In this document: piece after piece, positions 62,468 to 64,000 of the stretch
How the letters are laid out: each line of letters begins with the position of its first letter
Numbering within the stretch: the first letter of the stretch is position 1
NCBI GenBank assembly: GCA_977030845.1
Contig: OZ365115.1
Span: 33,728,001 to 33,792,000 of the forward strand
Direction of reading: 5' to 3'
Origin: Fimbriosthenelais zetlandica
Taxonomy: Eukaryota
Length of the DNA stretch: 64,000 bases
Translations under genes and position numbers: made by a program
The notes under the pieces: generated by a model
The model's database searches: none
Seen by the model: the letters and a program-made list of their open reading frames with translations, nothing else
What the model was told of the DNA's origin: nothing

Positions 62468-64000
62468 ACGTGTTCGATTTTGTGTTCGAAAACATGAAGC
62501 AATTTATTATGTTACTCGATGAATTATGATGTAGAATGCCAAAATTTTAATCGGATATAGGTTTCTTGTGTGTGTGGAGGGGGGGGGGGGGGGGGGGGGG
62601 GGTGGCGGGGCTACATGTTGCATGAAAAATTAAAATTTATTTGATGCCACATTTTGGATTTCGGGTAAATATAATAAATGAGAACGGAAACTCGGAGGAA
62701 TACGATATGTCATTTTTATTGAAAGAAACATAAATGCTAAGTAGCATTGTGTGGTTATCCCTTGCAAGGTTTCTAGAGTAGGCTAACAATAGAGCCAGAA
62801 AGTAAGTGAGTAAATGATTAGAGTTTTCATGTCCATGGGCAGTTGTGTGTTCTGGTTGTACATTAGTTTCACCTCAATAACCAATGTTTCCTTGATGTCT
62901 GATAGATGTTGCTTAACTTAATGTCTTTGCACGTCATAAAAAATCAAAATTCTCACCTATTAATATCCAAACTTGATTTCCCAGATTTCTGTTACACGTC
63001 GGATAACTGTTATTAGACGTTTTCAAAAACTCAAGAATAATTTATAAAGCAATAAATTAAAAGATGTTCCATTTTCAGACGTCTGTAAAAGTAAACATGT
63101 TTTACTTTTAGGGACAATTACACGCAGGTATTTGCAAACGGCAACACCATGTTTCCACCTTGCTCGGGCTCTCCGCCGACCGTTTCATTCTTGAGAGTAA
63201 ACCATCGTTTGGTATCTTTGCCGACCGTTTGACAAGCTGGGGAAGATATAATGATAGTTATAGATTTAGGCACAACAAATACTGTGATAATAGTAAAAGA
63301 TTTTTCCCTATTACATATACCGGTAGTTTAATTGTTTTATAGTCCTTTATAACGAATTCTGGAAACAGAACAGACTCAATAGCCTATAGAAGTAAGGCTA
63401 AATAACCTAAATTTGACCAGAAAAGTGACTTGACCAAAGGTTGGGTGGGGGGGGGGGGGGAAGAAGCGATGGGCAAGGTTAAAAGTAACACGCACAGTGA
63501 CACTAAACATAATACCGTACATGTATACTTTCTTTTGTTGGGGGCATAGGGTGATAGATAACCTAATAGAAAAGTTTTTTGGTATATATTGAAAGCAGTT
63601 TTTTGTCAGATATTAAATAAATCCAAAGGTTTATGGTTTCGATATATATATGGGCGTCCGTTTTCGCTCTTGGATGGCTATATTGTAATACCCTTTGGGT
63701 ATTTAGAGGTGCAATATAGGCCTAGATCTATATATTAGAGGACGATCATCTTACCCCACTTGGAGTGGCCTGAGTGTCCATTAGGAGGACACCCAGGAGA
63801 AGCAGGAGGCTCAGACCAACATAGATCACCTTCATGGCTGCTACACGAGTCAAAAATGACAACCTAATAATCAAAATATTTTAAACAATGTCCAGGCTAA
63901 GTAAAATACACAAAAAAAAGAGGAATAGCTTGAAAAAAGGTATTCACCCGGAAAATAGAAATGATTTGACACCTTTTTCAGATATATTGATATTACAGTA

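Overview
Intron-rich, AT-rich animal genomic DNA from an invertebrate, plausibly a lophotrochozoan; the species cannot be determined from the sequence. I reconstructed eight protein-coding genes by following GT/GC-AG junctions and reading frame. In order: VHL (-) head-to-head with UBE2T (+); a 21-exon RFX6 (-) carrying a nested, intronless, antisense FkbM-family methyltransferase with an N-terminal membrane anchor; RASEF/Rab45 (-); DNAJC25 (+), with a probable GC-AG intron; and NSFL1C/p47 (-) head-to-head with an intronless GSTCD (+). The most notable observations are five. (1) RASEF has two different EF-hand-pair first coding exons, both phase 2, that can each splice to the same exon 2. (2) Between them lies a repeat array with four tRNA-Ser(UGA)-like units, arranged head-to-head in a ~320-bp palindrome whose central spacer is inverted between copies. 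(3) The nested methyltransferase lies ~3 kb downstream of a palindromic X-box inside RFX6. (4) The palindrome TAGGCCTA is strongly enriched. (5) An orphan promoter-like motif cluster sits in RFX6 intron 2. Gene identities rest on recalled family sequence motifs; no database searches were run.
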